This document shows, one piece after another, positions 1-13,109 of a DNA stretch of 64,000 bases. Position 1 is the stretch's first letter, and each line of letters opens with the position of its first letter. Origin of the DNA: Felis catus (Eukaryota); contig NC_058383.1 in NCBI RefSeq assembly GCF_018350175.1, forward strand, positions 15,626,001 through 15,690,000. Reading direction: 5' to 3'. The notes beneath the pieces are model-generated. The model had not been told where the DNA came from and did not search any database. It saw nothing but the letters and a program-made list of their open reading frames with translations. A program made the translations under genes and the position numbers.

Positions 1-3
1 ATT

Positions 4-207
4 TCAACGTTAATTTATTTTTGGGACAGAGAGAGACAGAGCATGAACGGGGGAGGGGCAGAGAGAGAGGGAGACACAGAATCGGAAACAGGCTCCAGGC
101 TCTGAGCCATCAGCCCAGAGCCTGATGCGGGGCTCGAACTCACGGACTGCGAGATCGTGACCTGGCTGAAGTCGGACGCTTAACCGACTGCGCCACCCAG
201 GCGCCCC
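4..207 (-). mobile_element. Young feline Can-SINE (SINEC_Fc type)
   Basis: Near-identical to the copies at 4633, 42705 and 48783; tRNA-derived head, (CT)n, A tail; CpGs retained. Confidence 0.92.
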
Positions 208-1739
208 CAAAAATAAGCATTTCATAAGACTTTCAAAATGTTTGACTTCTACTGTGAAACTCTTGCTTTTAGTGTGATAACTTTATTTATGGGTTAAGAA
301 AGCCACTTAACAACATTTGTATTCTGAATCACAGAATAGACAGGTGTGTCACATAGCTTTCTTCTCCATTTTAGGGATAGGTCATCTCTGCTACAGATGT
401 ATACTTTGCAAACAATAAAAACACATGTGCCAAAAATTAAATTCATAGTCAAGATGAAATTCTGTCTCCAAAGATTGACACAAGTAAATGAAACAAGATC
501 TTAGTTCTTCTCTATGTGGATATTAAAATAAGTACTGATCATTTTTTTTCCCACTGGAAACCAACATCAGAAAACAATGAATTCTCATCAAGTTAACAAG
601 TACTCATAGAACACTTGTGAATGCCCAGCTCGGACTGAGAATGCAAACAAATAGAAGGAGAATTCCTGTTTATAGAAGCTTACAAATTAGCAGGGTCGGA
701 CACTTTTTACACAATGAAACAACTAGCAAATGAGCATACAACTCAGTTCAAACATTTAATGAGCACATAATCAAGCACCACATTGGGCCCACACAGTCTT
801 CATCAGCCAAATAGCAGCAGTCTGTGTGTGTGTGTAAGATCTACCTAAAATTCCATTTTAATCATGAAAAGACCCTCCTTAAAACCCTTCCTCGGTTTTG
901 TCGTCATCAGCTCCTGAATCTCTGCCCTGCACTTTTTTACTTTTCAAAAACCGTCTCCTAGTAGTTAGTTATTGGCCTATTCTCCTGTTACTTGTCCCAC
1001 CCCCATATTCCAACCAATCCCTAAAATTCCCACCCAACCTTGTTAGTTTCAAAGTTATCGTGCTTCAAGATACTTCCATAAAGTATTCCCTGATTATCTT
1101 TCTTCACCCTCCATACCCTGCAGTGTCCCTCCTCACGCTCTATCTTGGCTCTATTTACCACACCGTATTGAAAGTATCTTTATTGTCCCTCTCTAACTTC
1201 TAGAGAGAAGAAACATGATTGCTTGGAAGATCGGTGAAATTTCAAATCCTGAACTCGGTTTAATCTTCCGCACAGCCAGTAACTCTTACAAAGTAACATT
1301 ATTTGTCATTAAATGGATTAACAATACAATCAAATCTTACCCGTCCGGCAAACTTTCTTGTTTTAACCATTTTACATTAACAGGCTTTTTAAAAAGCAGT
1401 TTCAAGTTTACAGGAAAAAAAAGTACAACTATTTTTAAATCTCACAAACAAAAGTAAAAACTCTTCATATTCAAAAAACGACTCCCCTGGTGATGCTGTC
1501 AACTCGTCTTGGCAATTTTCACATCTAATCTAAAGGGTAAAAGGAGCCCATCAGAGCCCACTGACACACTTCCCAACGACAGGACTTGGTCACCAGCGCT
1601 GAGGCACCACCAGATGTCTATGACCTACTCTCTAAAGCAGCTGAGTCCCTCCCTCCCTGTGACTAAACTTCCGTGATGGGCATCACCTCTGCTCTCCTCT
1701 AAACCAGTTCTGCTCCTAACTCCAGGCCCACAACTTCCC

Positions 1740-2800
1740 CCTCAACGACGGCGCGAGAGTTAGGACCGGTGTTCAAGTCCCCACATCACCAAAGACTGCA
1801 CCCTCCCGGCTCCGGGACCTTTCCTCCCCAAGAACGACGTGGGTTCTTGAAGCCCCGGAGCCCCTGCCAAGGCCGGGCTGCTCTCCGGGTCTGAGCCGCC
1901 AACCCGGACGGACCCCCGAGGGACCCAGGGCACGAGCCGACGGGCCGCCACCACAGGTGTCCCCTCCAACTGCACGGGCTGGACAGTGAAGAGGAAGCCG
2001 GCCAAAAGGAAGCCATCCCGCGAGGGGTGGACGGGTGGCAGGAGGCGGCCAGGAAATGACAAGCGTCTGTCCGTCGGAGTTGGGCCGGGCCATACAGAAC
2101 TTGGCGACGAACGCTTGAAAGGGGGAGGCTCAGCACCACGAGGACTAAGGCGGCCGGCGACCGCCTGGGGCCGGTCAGGGCCGCGCCGCGGGGCCCCGGG
2201 TTGGGACCGACGGCGGCTGGAAGCACCGAAGCGAAACGGCCCCGGCCGGGTAGACGGCACGGGCGAATGACCCAGCAGCCTCCGCCCGGACGGCGCCGCC
2301 GCCCCGCCGCCCAGAGCCGAGATCCTGGGCCCCCGTCCTTCTGCTCCGTACCTGGCCTGCGGCTCCACTGGCGTCGGGCCGCCGCTCTCCGCGGGTAGCT
2401 CGAGTGGGTCCCGGCTCCGCCAGTCCACAACCCGCCCTCTCGCCGGCCCTCCCTCCCTCACGCCCCGCCCCCGGCGCCGCGAGCGCTCGTCACGCACGCA
2501 CAGACGTCATTTCCGGGTCCTGGGGCGCGGAGTGGGAGGGTGTTGTTGCGGGTCCTCTCGGAATCCGCGCTGGGTGGCGCGAGCCGGAGGCGGGGGTGAC
2601 TGACAGCACCCGCAGTGTCGGAGGTCTAGGAGAAGAGGGCGGCCTCCAGGCTAGCCCTGCAGTGCCGACCTGCAGCGTTCAGGAGCCGACGGAGCAGCCG
2701 GTGTGCCCTGTCTTCTTCAGAGCCTGCTTCCTGCGGGGCTGTCGGGTCCTGGGCCACCGTAGCAGCACGGAATGGGAGACGGAGGCCGCTTGAAAAGCCA
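1740..2800 (-). promoter_or_regulatory. RABGEF1: CpG-island promoter, probably RABGEF1 (by synteny)
   Basis: Strong CpG island with GC boxes and an ETS/CRE-like motif at 2502-2516. The gene name is inferred only from the conserved order TPST1-KCTD7-RABGEF1; no RABGEF1 coding exon is in the window. Confidence 0.65.
2352..2500 (-). other. RABGEF1: Putative non-coding first exon of the downstream gene (probably RABGEF1)
   Basis: CCAG|GTACGG donor (GT at 2351-2350) about 150 nt downstream of the ETS/CRE motif; the TSS is approximate. Confidence 0.5.
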
Positions 2801-3213
2801 ATGAATCCTATCACATTACGGATGTCAGGAATTTTAGTGTTCTAATTAAAGGACCTTAAAGAGATTGGTTGACCTAAAAGCCGTTTTTACAGCTAAACAT
2901 AACTGAGACCCACGAGGTTAAATAATCGTTAGCTAGTATTAGTGGTCGAGTCTTAAACGGAATCCAGTTCCCGTGATTACCATTTCAGGAATGTTGGAAA
3001 CAGCAGCTGCCTCTGTATCCTGGGTGCCATCTACGGCATAAAGTGCCGCCACAACAGAGAAAAAACAAAACTATACTGGATCTGGAAGGTAGACCTGGGT
3101 TGAAATCCCAGCTTTGCTAACAGCTGCCGCTGTGATCTTGGACAGGTTGCCTAACTTCTCTTTTCATCATTTGCAAAATGGAAATTGATTCATTCCTCAA
3201 ATTCTTCTAAATG

Positions 3214-3720
3214 CTTAGAGATAGCAGAACATGCCATCCAAAAACGTACCTCTTTGGTGTAAGGATTATTTTGAGAAAGTGGATGCCAGAGAAGCTCTGA
3301 AAATGAATACCCTTTTGTAAGGGAAATGTACATTTAAAAGGAAATCTCCATTTGTAAAGATGTCTCCTTCCCCGTACCTAGAAGAGGATGCCTAAATCAC
3401 AAGAAACTCAGCAATGGAGAAGACACTAACTTAAATCTGCGTAGCAAACCTTAAGCTTGTTTGCATTTCTTTCCCAGATCACTTCCCATAACTGATCCTC
3501 CAGCTACCCACCTTACGCCAACACACACCTTTCTTTTGTCTAAGTGATAATGTATTTAAGGCTGGCATTCTAAATCTTGTCCCGTTATCTCTCATGTATA
3601 TATGAGGTATATGTATTAATAAATTTCAATGTGCTTCTCTCTTGTTAATCTGTTTTTTACCTCAGAGGTCTCAACCAAGAACTTAGAAGGGTAGAGAGAC
3701 AATTTTTTTCCTCCTCTACA
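3214..3720 (+). mobile_element. Solo LTR, MER34-like (ERV1)
   Basis: CAGAACATGCCATCCAAAA...TAAGGATTATTTTGAG start; AATAAA; ends TTTTTCCTCCTCTACA. Family name from memory. Confidence 0.7.
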
Positions 3721-3766
3721 CCTAATGTGTGCTAGGCTGAGGATAGAGAGCATAAAATGCATAAAG

Positions 3767-4434
3767 TGGTACCTGGGTGGCTCAGTCGGTTAAGTGACTG
3801 ACTTCGGCTCAGGTCATGATTTCATGGTTTGTGAGTTTGAGCCCTGTTGGGCTCGGTGTTAACAGCTCAGAGCCTGGAGCCTCCTTCAGATTCTGTGTCT
3901 CCCCCTCTCTGCCCCTCCCCAACTGGTGCTGTCTCTATCTCTCATAACTAAACTTAAAAAAATATTTTTTTAAAATTTTATTTTTAACGTTTATTCATTT
4001 TTGAGACAGAGAGAGAGAGACAGAGCATGAATGGGGGAAGGTCAGAGAGAGAGAGGGAGACACAGAATCTGAAACAGGCTCCAGGCTGTGAGCTGTCAGC
4101 ACAGAGCCCGACGCGGGGCTTGAACTCACGGACCGAGAGATCATGACCCGAGCTGAAGTCGGACGCCCAACCGACTGAGCCACCCAGGCGCCCCCCACCA
4201 AAAAAAATTTTTTTTAATTTTTATTTTTTTAACGTTTATTTATCTTTGAGATAGAGAGAGAAACAGAGCACGAATGGGGGAGGGTCAGAGAGAGGGAGAC
4301 ACAGAATCCGAAACAGGCTCCAGGCTCTGAGCTGTCAGCACAGAGCCCGACGCGGGGCTCGAACTCACGGACCGCGAGATCATGATCTGAGCCCAAGCCG
4401 GCCGCCCAACCGACTGAGCCACCCAGGCGCCCCC
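3767..4434. mobile_element. Three abutting Can-SINEs (+ 3767-3962, - 3963-4196, - 4205-4434)
   Basis: Three GGGTGGCTCAGTCGGTT heads with (CT)n and A tails. Confidence 0.88.
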
Positions 4435-4632
4435 AAAAATTCTTTCAATAAAAAAAATAAAACACATAAAACAAAAGTATGCTGAGAAGCTTACATTCTA
4501 GAGGAGAGGGAGGAGCCAATAAACAAGTTATTTACAGTAGTACTTAAGATTGTGATAATTGTTATGAATAAAAAATTAAAAATTATGCAAGGAAGAGGAA
4601 CAGAAAGTGCAATCTAAAAGTTTGCAGTTTTA

Positions 4633-4850
4633 GGGGCGCCTGGGTGGCGCAGTCGGTTAAGCGTCCGACTTCAGCCAGGTCACGATCTCGCGGTCCGTGA
4701 GTTTGAGCCCCGCGTCGGGCTCTGGGCTGATGGCTCAGAGCCTGGAGCCTGTTTCCGATTCTGTGTCTCCCTCTCTCTCTGCCCCTCGCCCGTTCATGCT
4801 CTGTCTCTCTCTGTCCCAAAAATAAATAAACGTTGAAAAAAAATTTTTTT
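4633..4850 (+). mobile_element. Young feline Can-SINE with a perfect TSD
   Basis: TSD AAAGTTTGCAGTTTTA at 4617-4632 and 4851-4866. Confidence 0.95.
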
Positions 4851-5762
4851 AAAGTTTGCAGTTTTAGAGTGGAGAGGAAAGCCCTGGCTGAGACAGTACC
4901 CTGAACAAAGGGCAAAGGAGCTAGCTATGCTGGTATGCAAATATTTGGGCAAGTGTACTAGGTACTGGGAACAAGTGCAAGGGCCCTCTTGACACCTCTA
5001 ACCTATGTAGCTGTAGCAGATTGAACTAGGGGGAGGAAGAAGAGATCAAAAGGTAATGGACACAGTAAGTAAGGGGCTAACCCCTAGGTCAATGTTGAAA
5101 GGGACTAGCAAAAGTGAGGACACTGGTAGGTCTGACTCATTGGGGTCATTAGTGGGACAAACTACCACACGCCTTCTTCCTCTGAGAGAAGGTGGGGTGG
5201 AGGCTACTGGAAGGGGCACCAAAGTTATATTTAACTGAAGAAGCAATGCTTTAGTTTGAATTTAGTGGTTTAGTTCTTGATAGGCATATGGATATTCATT
5301 GTATTACTTTTTATTTCAATTTATGTGTATTTTGTGTTTGAATTTATGAAACTCTGTCCCATTGGAAACAGTGAAGATAAAAGAGGGCTAAAAACTCATC
5401 TTGGGGTAGGTCAAAAGGAAAAGAGCAAAAGAAGAGTGGGGAAAAAAATAGAAGCAAGAGGAAAACTGCAAAAGAGGAGTAATGTGGAAGCTAAGAGGAG
5501 AGAGAGAAAGCAAAGGGATTAATGGAAAGAGATTCCACAGAAGGGTCAGATAAGATGAATCTACCCCCCCAAAAATGAAAACATATTAATAAAAGCGGTG
5601 AGAGGTGCCTGGGTGGCTCAGTCAGCTAAGCGTCCAGCTCAGGTCATGATCTCATGATTTGTGAGTTTGAGCCCCACATTGGGCTCTCTGCTGTCAGCAC
5701 AGAGTCTGCTTTGGATCTTCTGTCCCCTTCTCTCTGCTCCCTCCCCTCCGCCCCCGCTGCTT

Positions 5763-5797
<35 letters not shown>

Positions 5798-5810
5798 AAA
5801 AAAAAAAAAA

Positions 5811-8800
5811 AGTGGTAAAAGCAGGCATCCTTCTCTTGTTCTTGATCTTAAATGGAAAATTTTTCAATCTTTCATCATTGAGTATGTTACCTGTGGGTTT
5901 TTCATATATGGCCTTTATCATGTTGAGGAAGTTCCCTGCTATTCTTAGTTTACTGTGTGTTTTTTATCATGAAAGGGTATTATAGTCTTTAAGATTTAAT
6001 TTTTTTGAACATTTTTTAAAGTTTATTTCTTTACTTTGAGTCGGGGGCAGAGAGAGGGAGAGAAAGAATCTCAAGCAGACTCTGTGCTGTCAGCATGGTG
6101 CCTAATTTGGGGTTCAGTCTCATGAACCTGTGAGATCATGACCTGAGCCGAAATCAAGAGTCACTTAACCAACTGAGCCACCCAGATGCCCCTATTTTTT
6201 TTTTATTGTGAAATATAGATAACATAAAATTTACAGGCAGAAAAATGAATTTGGGTCCTTACCTAACATATATATGAAAATTAAAACTTGATCAAACACC
6301 TACATGTAGGATATAAAATTTAGAAGAAAACACAGTTGAAAAGCTTCATAACCCTGTATTTGGCAATAATTTTTTAGATATGACACCAAAGGCACAGGTA
6401 ATAAAAGAAAAAAATAAACAAATTGGACTTACCAAAATTTAAAACTTTCGTGCATTAAAGGCCAGTCAACAGAATATAAAGTAACTCACTATTTGCAAAT
6501 GACTTACCTGATAAGGGATTCTTATACAGAATATATAAAGAACTCCTAAAACTCAACAACCCAGTTTACATGAGATGTCTTTCTATTTATTTATCTCTTC
6601 TTTCTTTCAGCAATGTTTTATAGTTTTCATTGTACAAGTCTTTCACCTCCTGAAATAAATTAATTCCTAAGTATTTTATTCCTTTTAATGTTATTATAAA
6701 TGGAACTGTTTTCTTAATTTCTTTTGGGTTGCTTATTGTTAATGTATAGTAATGCAACTGATTTCTGTGTGTTGATTTTGTACTACTACATTGCCCAATT
6801 TATTTTTTCTAATAGTTTTTTTTCCCTGTCAATCCTAACATACATCTGTGTATGTAGGGTTTTCTACATACAAAATCGTATCTTTGGACAGAAATAATTT
6901 TACTTTTTCCTTTCCTATTTGGATGCCTTTTGTTTCTTTTTCTTGCCTAGTTGCTCTAGCTACAATTTCCAATACTATATTGAATAGAATTGGGAAAAAA
7001 AAACAGGCATCTTTGTCTTATTCCTGATTTTAGTGGCAATGCTTTCTGTCTTTTACCATTGAGTAGAATGTTAGCTGTGGGCTTTTCGTATGTGGCTTTC
7101 TTATACTGAGTTAGTTTCACTCTATTCCTAGTCTGTTGAGTGTTTTATCATAAAAGGGTGTTGCATTGTGTCACAAGATTTTCTATATCAATTGAGAAAA
7201 TAAGACAGTTTTTTCCCCCTTTATTCTCTTAAGACCATTGTTGTATTCCAGGAATATATCCCACTTGGCCACTGTATATAATCCTTTTAATATGCTGTGG
7301 AACTCAATTTGTTAAATTTTTTGAGAATTTTTATATCAATATTCATAAGGGGTATTGGTCAATAGTTTTCTTTTCCTATAGTCTGGCTCCATATCAGGGC
7401 AATGAATGAGTTGGAGTGATTTAGAAAGCACTGCCTTCACTGTTGAGTTTTTGGAAAAGTTTTAGAAGGATTGTTATTACTTCTTTAAATGTTTGGTAGA
7501 ATTCACCAGCAAAACCATCAAGTCCAGGGCTTTTCTTTCTCGGGCGGTTTTTGATTACTGATTCAACCTCCTCATTAGTTATAGATTTGGATTTTCTGTT
7601 TGTGATTCAGATTTGGTAGGTTTTATATTTATGAAAATTAGTCCATTTCATTTGGTTATTTAATTTGTTGGTGTACATATGTTCACAGTATTCTCTTATA
7701 ATCCTTTTCATCTATGTAAAGCCAGTAGTAATATCCCCTCTTTCATTTCTGATTTTGGCATTTTGAACGTTCTCTTTTTACACTAACAGTAGCTAAATAT
7801 TTGTCAGCTTTTCTGATCTTTTAAAAAAACAAATTTTGGTTTTGTTGAGTTTCAATACTCTGTTGTTATCTTATTCATTATTTCACTTATCTCCACTCTA
7901 ATCTTTATTTCCTACTTCTGCTAACTTTGGTTTAGTGTGTGCCTCTTTTTCCAATTCCTTTAAAGTATATGATTAGGTAATTAATTAGAGACTTTTTAAA
8001 ATGCAGATGTCTACAGATATAAATTTCACTTTGAGCACTGCTTTCAGTAGATTCCTTAGGTTTTATATGTTGTGTTTTCATTTTCATTTGTCTCAAAGTA
8101 TTTTCTGATATCCTTTGTCATTTCTTTTTTGACCATTGGTTATTTGAGAGCATTTAAAAATCTTTTTCATGATCTTGTGAGTTTTCATTCTGTTACTGAT
8201 TTCTAGTTTTGTTCCATGGTGATTATAAAAGATATTTTATATGATTTTTCAAAATTTATTAAGACTTGTTTTCTGGCAAAAAAAAAATGTTCTTCTCTGG
8301 ACAGTGCTCTACGTGCATTTGAGAAGAATGTATATTCTATTATTGTTGGGTGAAGTGTTCTATATATGTCTGTTAGGTATACTTGGATTGTAATATATTG
8401 TTCAAGTACTCTCTTTACTTATTGATCTTGTCTCTGGTTGCTCTATCCATTATTAAAAGTGGGATACTGAAGTCTTCAACTATTATTGTAGAACTGTCCA
8501 TAATTTCTCCTTTAATTCTGTCCTTTTTGTTTCATATATGTACTTGGTGCTCTGACATTAGATGCATATATGCTTATAATTGTTATGTCATTTTGTTGGA
8601 TTAAATCTTTTTCTGTATATAATGTCCTTCTTGTCTCTTGTAACCTTTTTTTCTAATGTAAAATCTATTCTAATAGTATAGCCACCCCAAACTCTCCTTT
8701 GGTTACTCTTTGCATGGAATACATTTTTCCATCCTTTTACTTTCAACCTCTTTGTCTTTGGATCTAAAGTGAGTCTCTTATAGACAGCATATAGAGTTTT

Positions 8801-9965
8801 TAAGAAAACAGGTTCTGCCAATCTCTTTTAATTGGAGAGTTAAATCCATTTACATTTGAAGTAACTACTAATAAAGAATGACTTCTGCCACTTTGCTACT
8901 TGTTTTCTGTATGTCATACATATTGTTTTCTTCCTCAATTCTTTCATTACTGCATTTTTGGTATTTAGTTGTTTTTCTGTAGCCTACCATTTTGATTCTC
9001 TTCCTTTCTGTATATTTTAAAATTTATTTTCTTAGTGGTTAGCTTTGGGATTACAATTTAACATCTTAAATTTATAACAACTTAGTTTGAATAATACCAA
9101 CTAATTTAAAATAGTATATATTCTGTACCTATACATCTCTGTCCCTTTCATTTTATTGTTATTGTCACAGATTTCATCTTTATAAATTGTACACCTATTA
9201 ACACAGATTTATAATTAATGTTTTATGTATATGCCTTTTAAATCATATAGGGGGAAAAAGGAGCAATTACAAACCTAAAGCACAATAATACTGGCTTTTA
9301 CATCTACCTAGGCATTTACCTTTCCCAAGTGTTCTTTATTTCTTCATGTAGCTTCAACTTACTGTCTAGTGTCATTTGCTTTACAATCTGAAGGATTCCT
9401 TTAGTCATTTTTTAAATGTTTATTTAATTTTTGAGAGAGTATGAGCAGGGGAGGGGCAAAGAGAGAGGGAGAGAGAGAAATCCAAACAGGCTTTGCACTG
9501 TCAGCAGAGAGCCCCATGCAGGACTCAATCTCATGACTGTGAAATCGTAACCTGAGCCAAAATCAACAGTTGGACACTTAACTGACTGAGCCACCAGGCG
9601 CCCCTCCATTTCTTATAGTGCAGGTCTACCAGTAATGAACTCCCTTGGCTTTTATTTGGGGATGAATTTCTCCTTCATTCTTGAAGAATAGTTTTGCCAG
9701 ATATAGAATTCATGGTTGACAAGTTTCTCTTTCAACACTTCAAATATGTCATCCCACTTCTTTCTGGCCTCCATAGTTTCTGATAGGAAATCAGTTATAT
9801 TCTTACGGGGGATCCTTTATATGTGATGAGTTTGTTTTCTCTTGCTGCTTTCAACATTCTTTTTCTTTGGCTTTCTACAGTTTGATTGTAATGTGTCTTG
9901 GTGAGGATCACTTTGAATTTACCTTACTTGGAATTCTTTAAGCTTCTTGAATTTGTATATTTGCC
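5811..9965 (-). mobile_element. Old L1 (ORF2 EN/RT and ORF1 remnants), fragmented, with SINE insertions and a plus-strand L1 piece at ~6235-6565
   Basis: T-rich antisense L1 sequence; ORF 8588-8821 gives KRLKVKGWKNVFHAKSNQRR (L1 endonuclease N-terminus). Confidence 0.85.
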
Positions 9966-11277
9966 TCATTTCCTTTATCTTATCATTTGTTCAATCTCCA
10001 CACACACACACACACACACAGTTTTCCTGAAGAATGTGAGACTAAGTTGCAGACATCATGCTTTGCAGACATCATGCTTCTTGACTTTACATATTTCAGT
10101 GTGTATTTCCTAAGAAGAAATATATCTTCTTAGAAACCAAAGCAAAATCATTAAAATCAGGAAAATTAACATCTGATAAGTTAACATTGATAAAATCCTA
10201 CTTAATCTATAGCCCTTACTCAGTTTTCATCAATTGTCCCAAGAATCACTTTTATAGCTATAGTTTTTCCTGGTTGATCATTTAATTGTCATTTATCTTT
10301 AGTCTTCTTTAATCTGGAATAGTTCTTCCATTTTTATTTGTCTTTCATGATCTCGACATTTTTGAAAAGTGTAAGACAGTCATTCTGAAGAATGTCCTTC
10401 AATTTGGGTTTGTCCAATATTTTCTCATGATTAGATTCAAGTTATTCATTTTGGCAGAGAAATCATATAAATAATGTGTCTTTATCAGGACAGGTCCTTT
10501 GTTTAATGTTGACTTTGGTTACATGATCAATGAGGAATCTTTCAGGTGTCTGCACTGTAAAGTTACCATTTTTACCTTTGAAATTGGTAACTTGTAGGGA
10601 GATATTTTAAGACTATGTTAAAACCTGTTTTTCTTCCAAAGTTCATCCATCAGTTTTAGAATCCATTGATAACATGTTTTTTAATGTTTATTTATTTTTG
10701 AGAGAGAGAGAGCGAGCGAGCAGGGGAGGGGTAGAGAAAGAGAGACACAAAGAATCTGAAGCAGGCTCCAGGCTCTGAGCTGTCAGCACAGAGAGCCCAA
10801 TGCGGGACTCGAACCCAAGAACTGGGAGATCATGACCTGAGCTGAATTCGGACACTCAACCGGTTGAGCCACCCAGGTGCCCCTGCCATCATCAGTTATA
10901 ATTATGATGGTTGTTAAATGTAGATTTTCTACCCCATCGTTTCCTCTATATTTATTAGCTGACGTTTTACTCTAAGAACTTTCCTTGGGGCACCTGGGTG
11001 GCTCAGTTCATTAAGGATTTGAGTTTGGTTCAGGTCATGATTCCGCAGTTCATGAGTTCGAGCCCCACATCCGGCTCTCTGTCAGCACAGAGCATGCTTT
11101 GGATCCTTTGCCCCGCCCCCCCTTTCTGCCTCTCCCCTGCTTCCAGTCTCATCTCTCTCTCAAAATAAATAAATAAACATTGAAAAAAGAACTTTCCTGT
11201 CTACTTCGTTTATATATTTATTTGTGTCAACATAAATTCATGGATTCTCATTTTATTCAGTGGGTTATAAGCCATCT

Positions 11278-11470
11278 CAGTTGGCCTTTGAACAATGTGA
11301 TTGATGGTTAGAGGTACTGACCTACTGTTGAAACTCTGCATATAATTTTTGACTCCCCAAAAACTGAACTACTAAAAGCTTACTGTTGACGGGAAGCCTT
11401 ACTGATAACATACATAGGTGTTAATATATATTATGTTTTATGTATTACATACAGTATTCTTACAATATAA
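11278..11470 (-). mobile_element. Tigger2a/MER28-like terminal fragment
   Basis: Starts CAGTTGGCCTTTGAACAA (Tigger2-type TIR), followed by TTTTGACTCCCCAAAAACT..CTACT..TACTGTTGAC.GGAAGCCTTAC. Confidence 0.75.
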
Positions 11471-11475
11471 TAATG

Positions 11476-11757
11476 AGTATAGTAATAGAGTGATGTTGAG
11501 CATCTTTTCATGTGTCTGCTGGCTACTTGGATGTCTTCTTTGGAGAAATGTCTGTTCATTTCTTCTGCCCATTTTTTGTTTTCTGGGATTATCTGTTTTT
11601 TGGGTGTTGACTTGTATAAGTTCTTTATATATTTTGGATACTAACCCTTTATTGCATATGTCATTTACAAATATCTTCTCCCATTCAGTACATTGCCTTT
11701 TAGTTTTGTTGATTGTGTTCTTTGCTGTGTAGAAGCTTTTCATTTTGATGTAGTCTA
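11476..11757 (-). mobile_element. L1 ORF2 3' fragment
   Basis: Translates [34 protein letters not shown], the L1 ORF2p C-terminal region. Confidence 0.85.
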
Positions 11758-11769
11758 CACCAGATTTTT

Positions 11770-12057
11770 TTTTCTCGAGAATCACACAACACAGAAAGCT
11801 TTATTCATCCATACCATTCCAGAGAAAGGCAGGCTCACTTTAGTATGCTGTCATCTTGGGCTTCTGCCAGTTCTCTCTCAATGTGTTTCCATTCATCCTG
11901 CTTCTTTTTCTCCTCAGCTGCTATCCTCCTTTCCTCTTCTGCCTGAAACTTCTGTAGCACTTGGCTCTGTAGGCCACACCAAGGAATAGAGCAGAGTAGG
12001 GGCTGTACTTGATGAGCAGTGACCTGCACTGGCAGCACCATTTTGTCCATAACCTTA
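11770..12057 (-). pseudogene. ATP5ME: ATP5ME (ATP synthase subunit e) processed pseudogene
   Basis: ATG at 12041 (MVLPVQV...), C-terminus AEEERRIAAEEKKKQDEWKHIERELAEAQDDSILK* (stop 11837-11835); intronless; AATAAA and polyA; 11-bp TSD ACCAGATTTTT at 11759-11769 and 12058-12068; middle part frameshifted. Confidence 0.92.
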
Positions 12058-12111
12058 ACCAGATTTTTGTGACAGTATTGTATATGTGCTTGCTGAAGCG
12101 AGCATGTGACA

Positions 12112-12363
12112 GTTTTGTAAATGTATTTTCTCCTCCTTATGGTTTTCTTAAAATTTTCTTTAGTTTGCTTTATTATAAGAAAACAGTATATAGTATATAT
12201 AACATACACAATATGTGCATTGACTCTTTATGTTGTTAATAAGGCTTCCAGTCAATAGTAGGCTATTAGTAGTTAAGTTTTGAGGGAGTCGAAATTTACA
12301 TGTGGATTTTCTTCTGCACAGGGAGTTGGTGACCTAACTCCTGCATTGATCAAGCATCAACTG
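12112..12363 (+). mobile_element. Tigger2a/MER28-like terminal fragment (inverted relative to 11278-11470)
   Basis: Ends ...TTGATCAAGCATCAACTG|TA; its reverse complement aligns by eye with 11278-11470. Confidence 0.75.
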
Positions 12364-12936
12364 TACTATCAAATTTTAAAGGGGGGGGGGGGGGAGGTGG
12401 AGCTCTATATGTAATGAAATGGACAGATCTCCAAAAGACAGTGTTAAATGAGAACAGTAGGGTGATGGAACATGTGGTATGCTACTTTTAGATTTAAATA
12501 TAGATATATAGGGGTTCCTGGGTGTCTCAGTTGGTTGAGTGTCCAACTCTTGATTCTGGCTCAGGTCATGAACCCAGGGTTGTGGGACTGAGCCCTGTGT
12601 CAGGCTTCACACTGAATGGAGCCTGCTTAGGATTGTCTTTCTCTCCCCCTCTGCCCTTCTCTCCTGCTTGCATTCTCTCTCTCTAAAAATAAAAGACAGA
12701 CAGACAGATAGGTAGATACTCTCCTAGGATGTGTATCACTTTCTAGAATATAAATAAATAAATAGATAAATAAATAAATAAATAAATAAATTCTAGAAAA
12801 AAATATTCATACAGATAGAGGGAGAAAGAGAAGAAGAGAGATACATGTACACTAGAATAGATATAGTATATATAGGAAGAATTAAAGAATTGGGTCATGT
12901 GATTGTGCAGGCTTGGTGAGTCCAAAATCTGATGGC

Positions 12937-12983
<47 letters not shown>

Positions 12984-13109
12984 CCCAAGAAGCCTCTGCA
13001 CCATCAGCACAGAGTCCAGTGCAGGACTTCACCCCATGAACCGTGATATCGTGACCTGAGCCAAAATCAAGAGTTGGACACTTAACCAACTGAGCTACTC
13101 AGGCACCCC

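Noticed and set aside
1760..2814. Long overlapping ORFs (245, 214, 129 aa) in the CpG island
   Set aside because: Arg/Gly/Pro-rich, present in several frames and both strands; expected from stop-codon scarcity in GC-rich DNA; no recognisable domain.
4633..4715. tRNA-like A/B-box sequences
   Set aside because: They are tRNA-derived SINE heads, not tRNA genes.
6235..6570. L1 orientation switch as a twin-priming inversion
   Set aside because: The pieces meet 3'-to-3', not in the geometry twin priming produces; more likely separate insertions or a later rearrangement.
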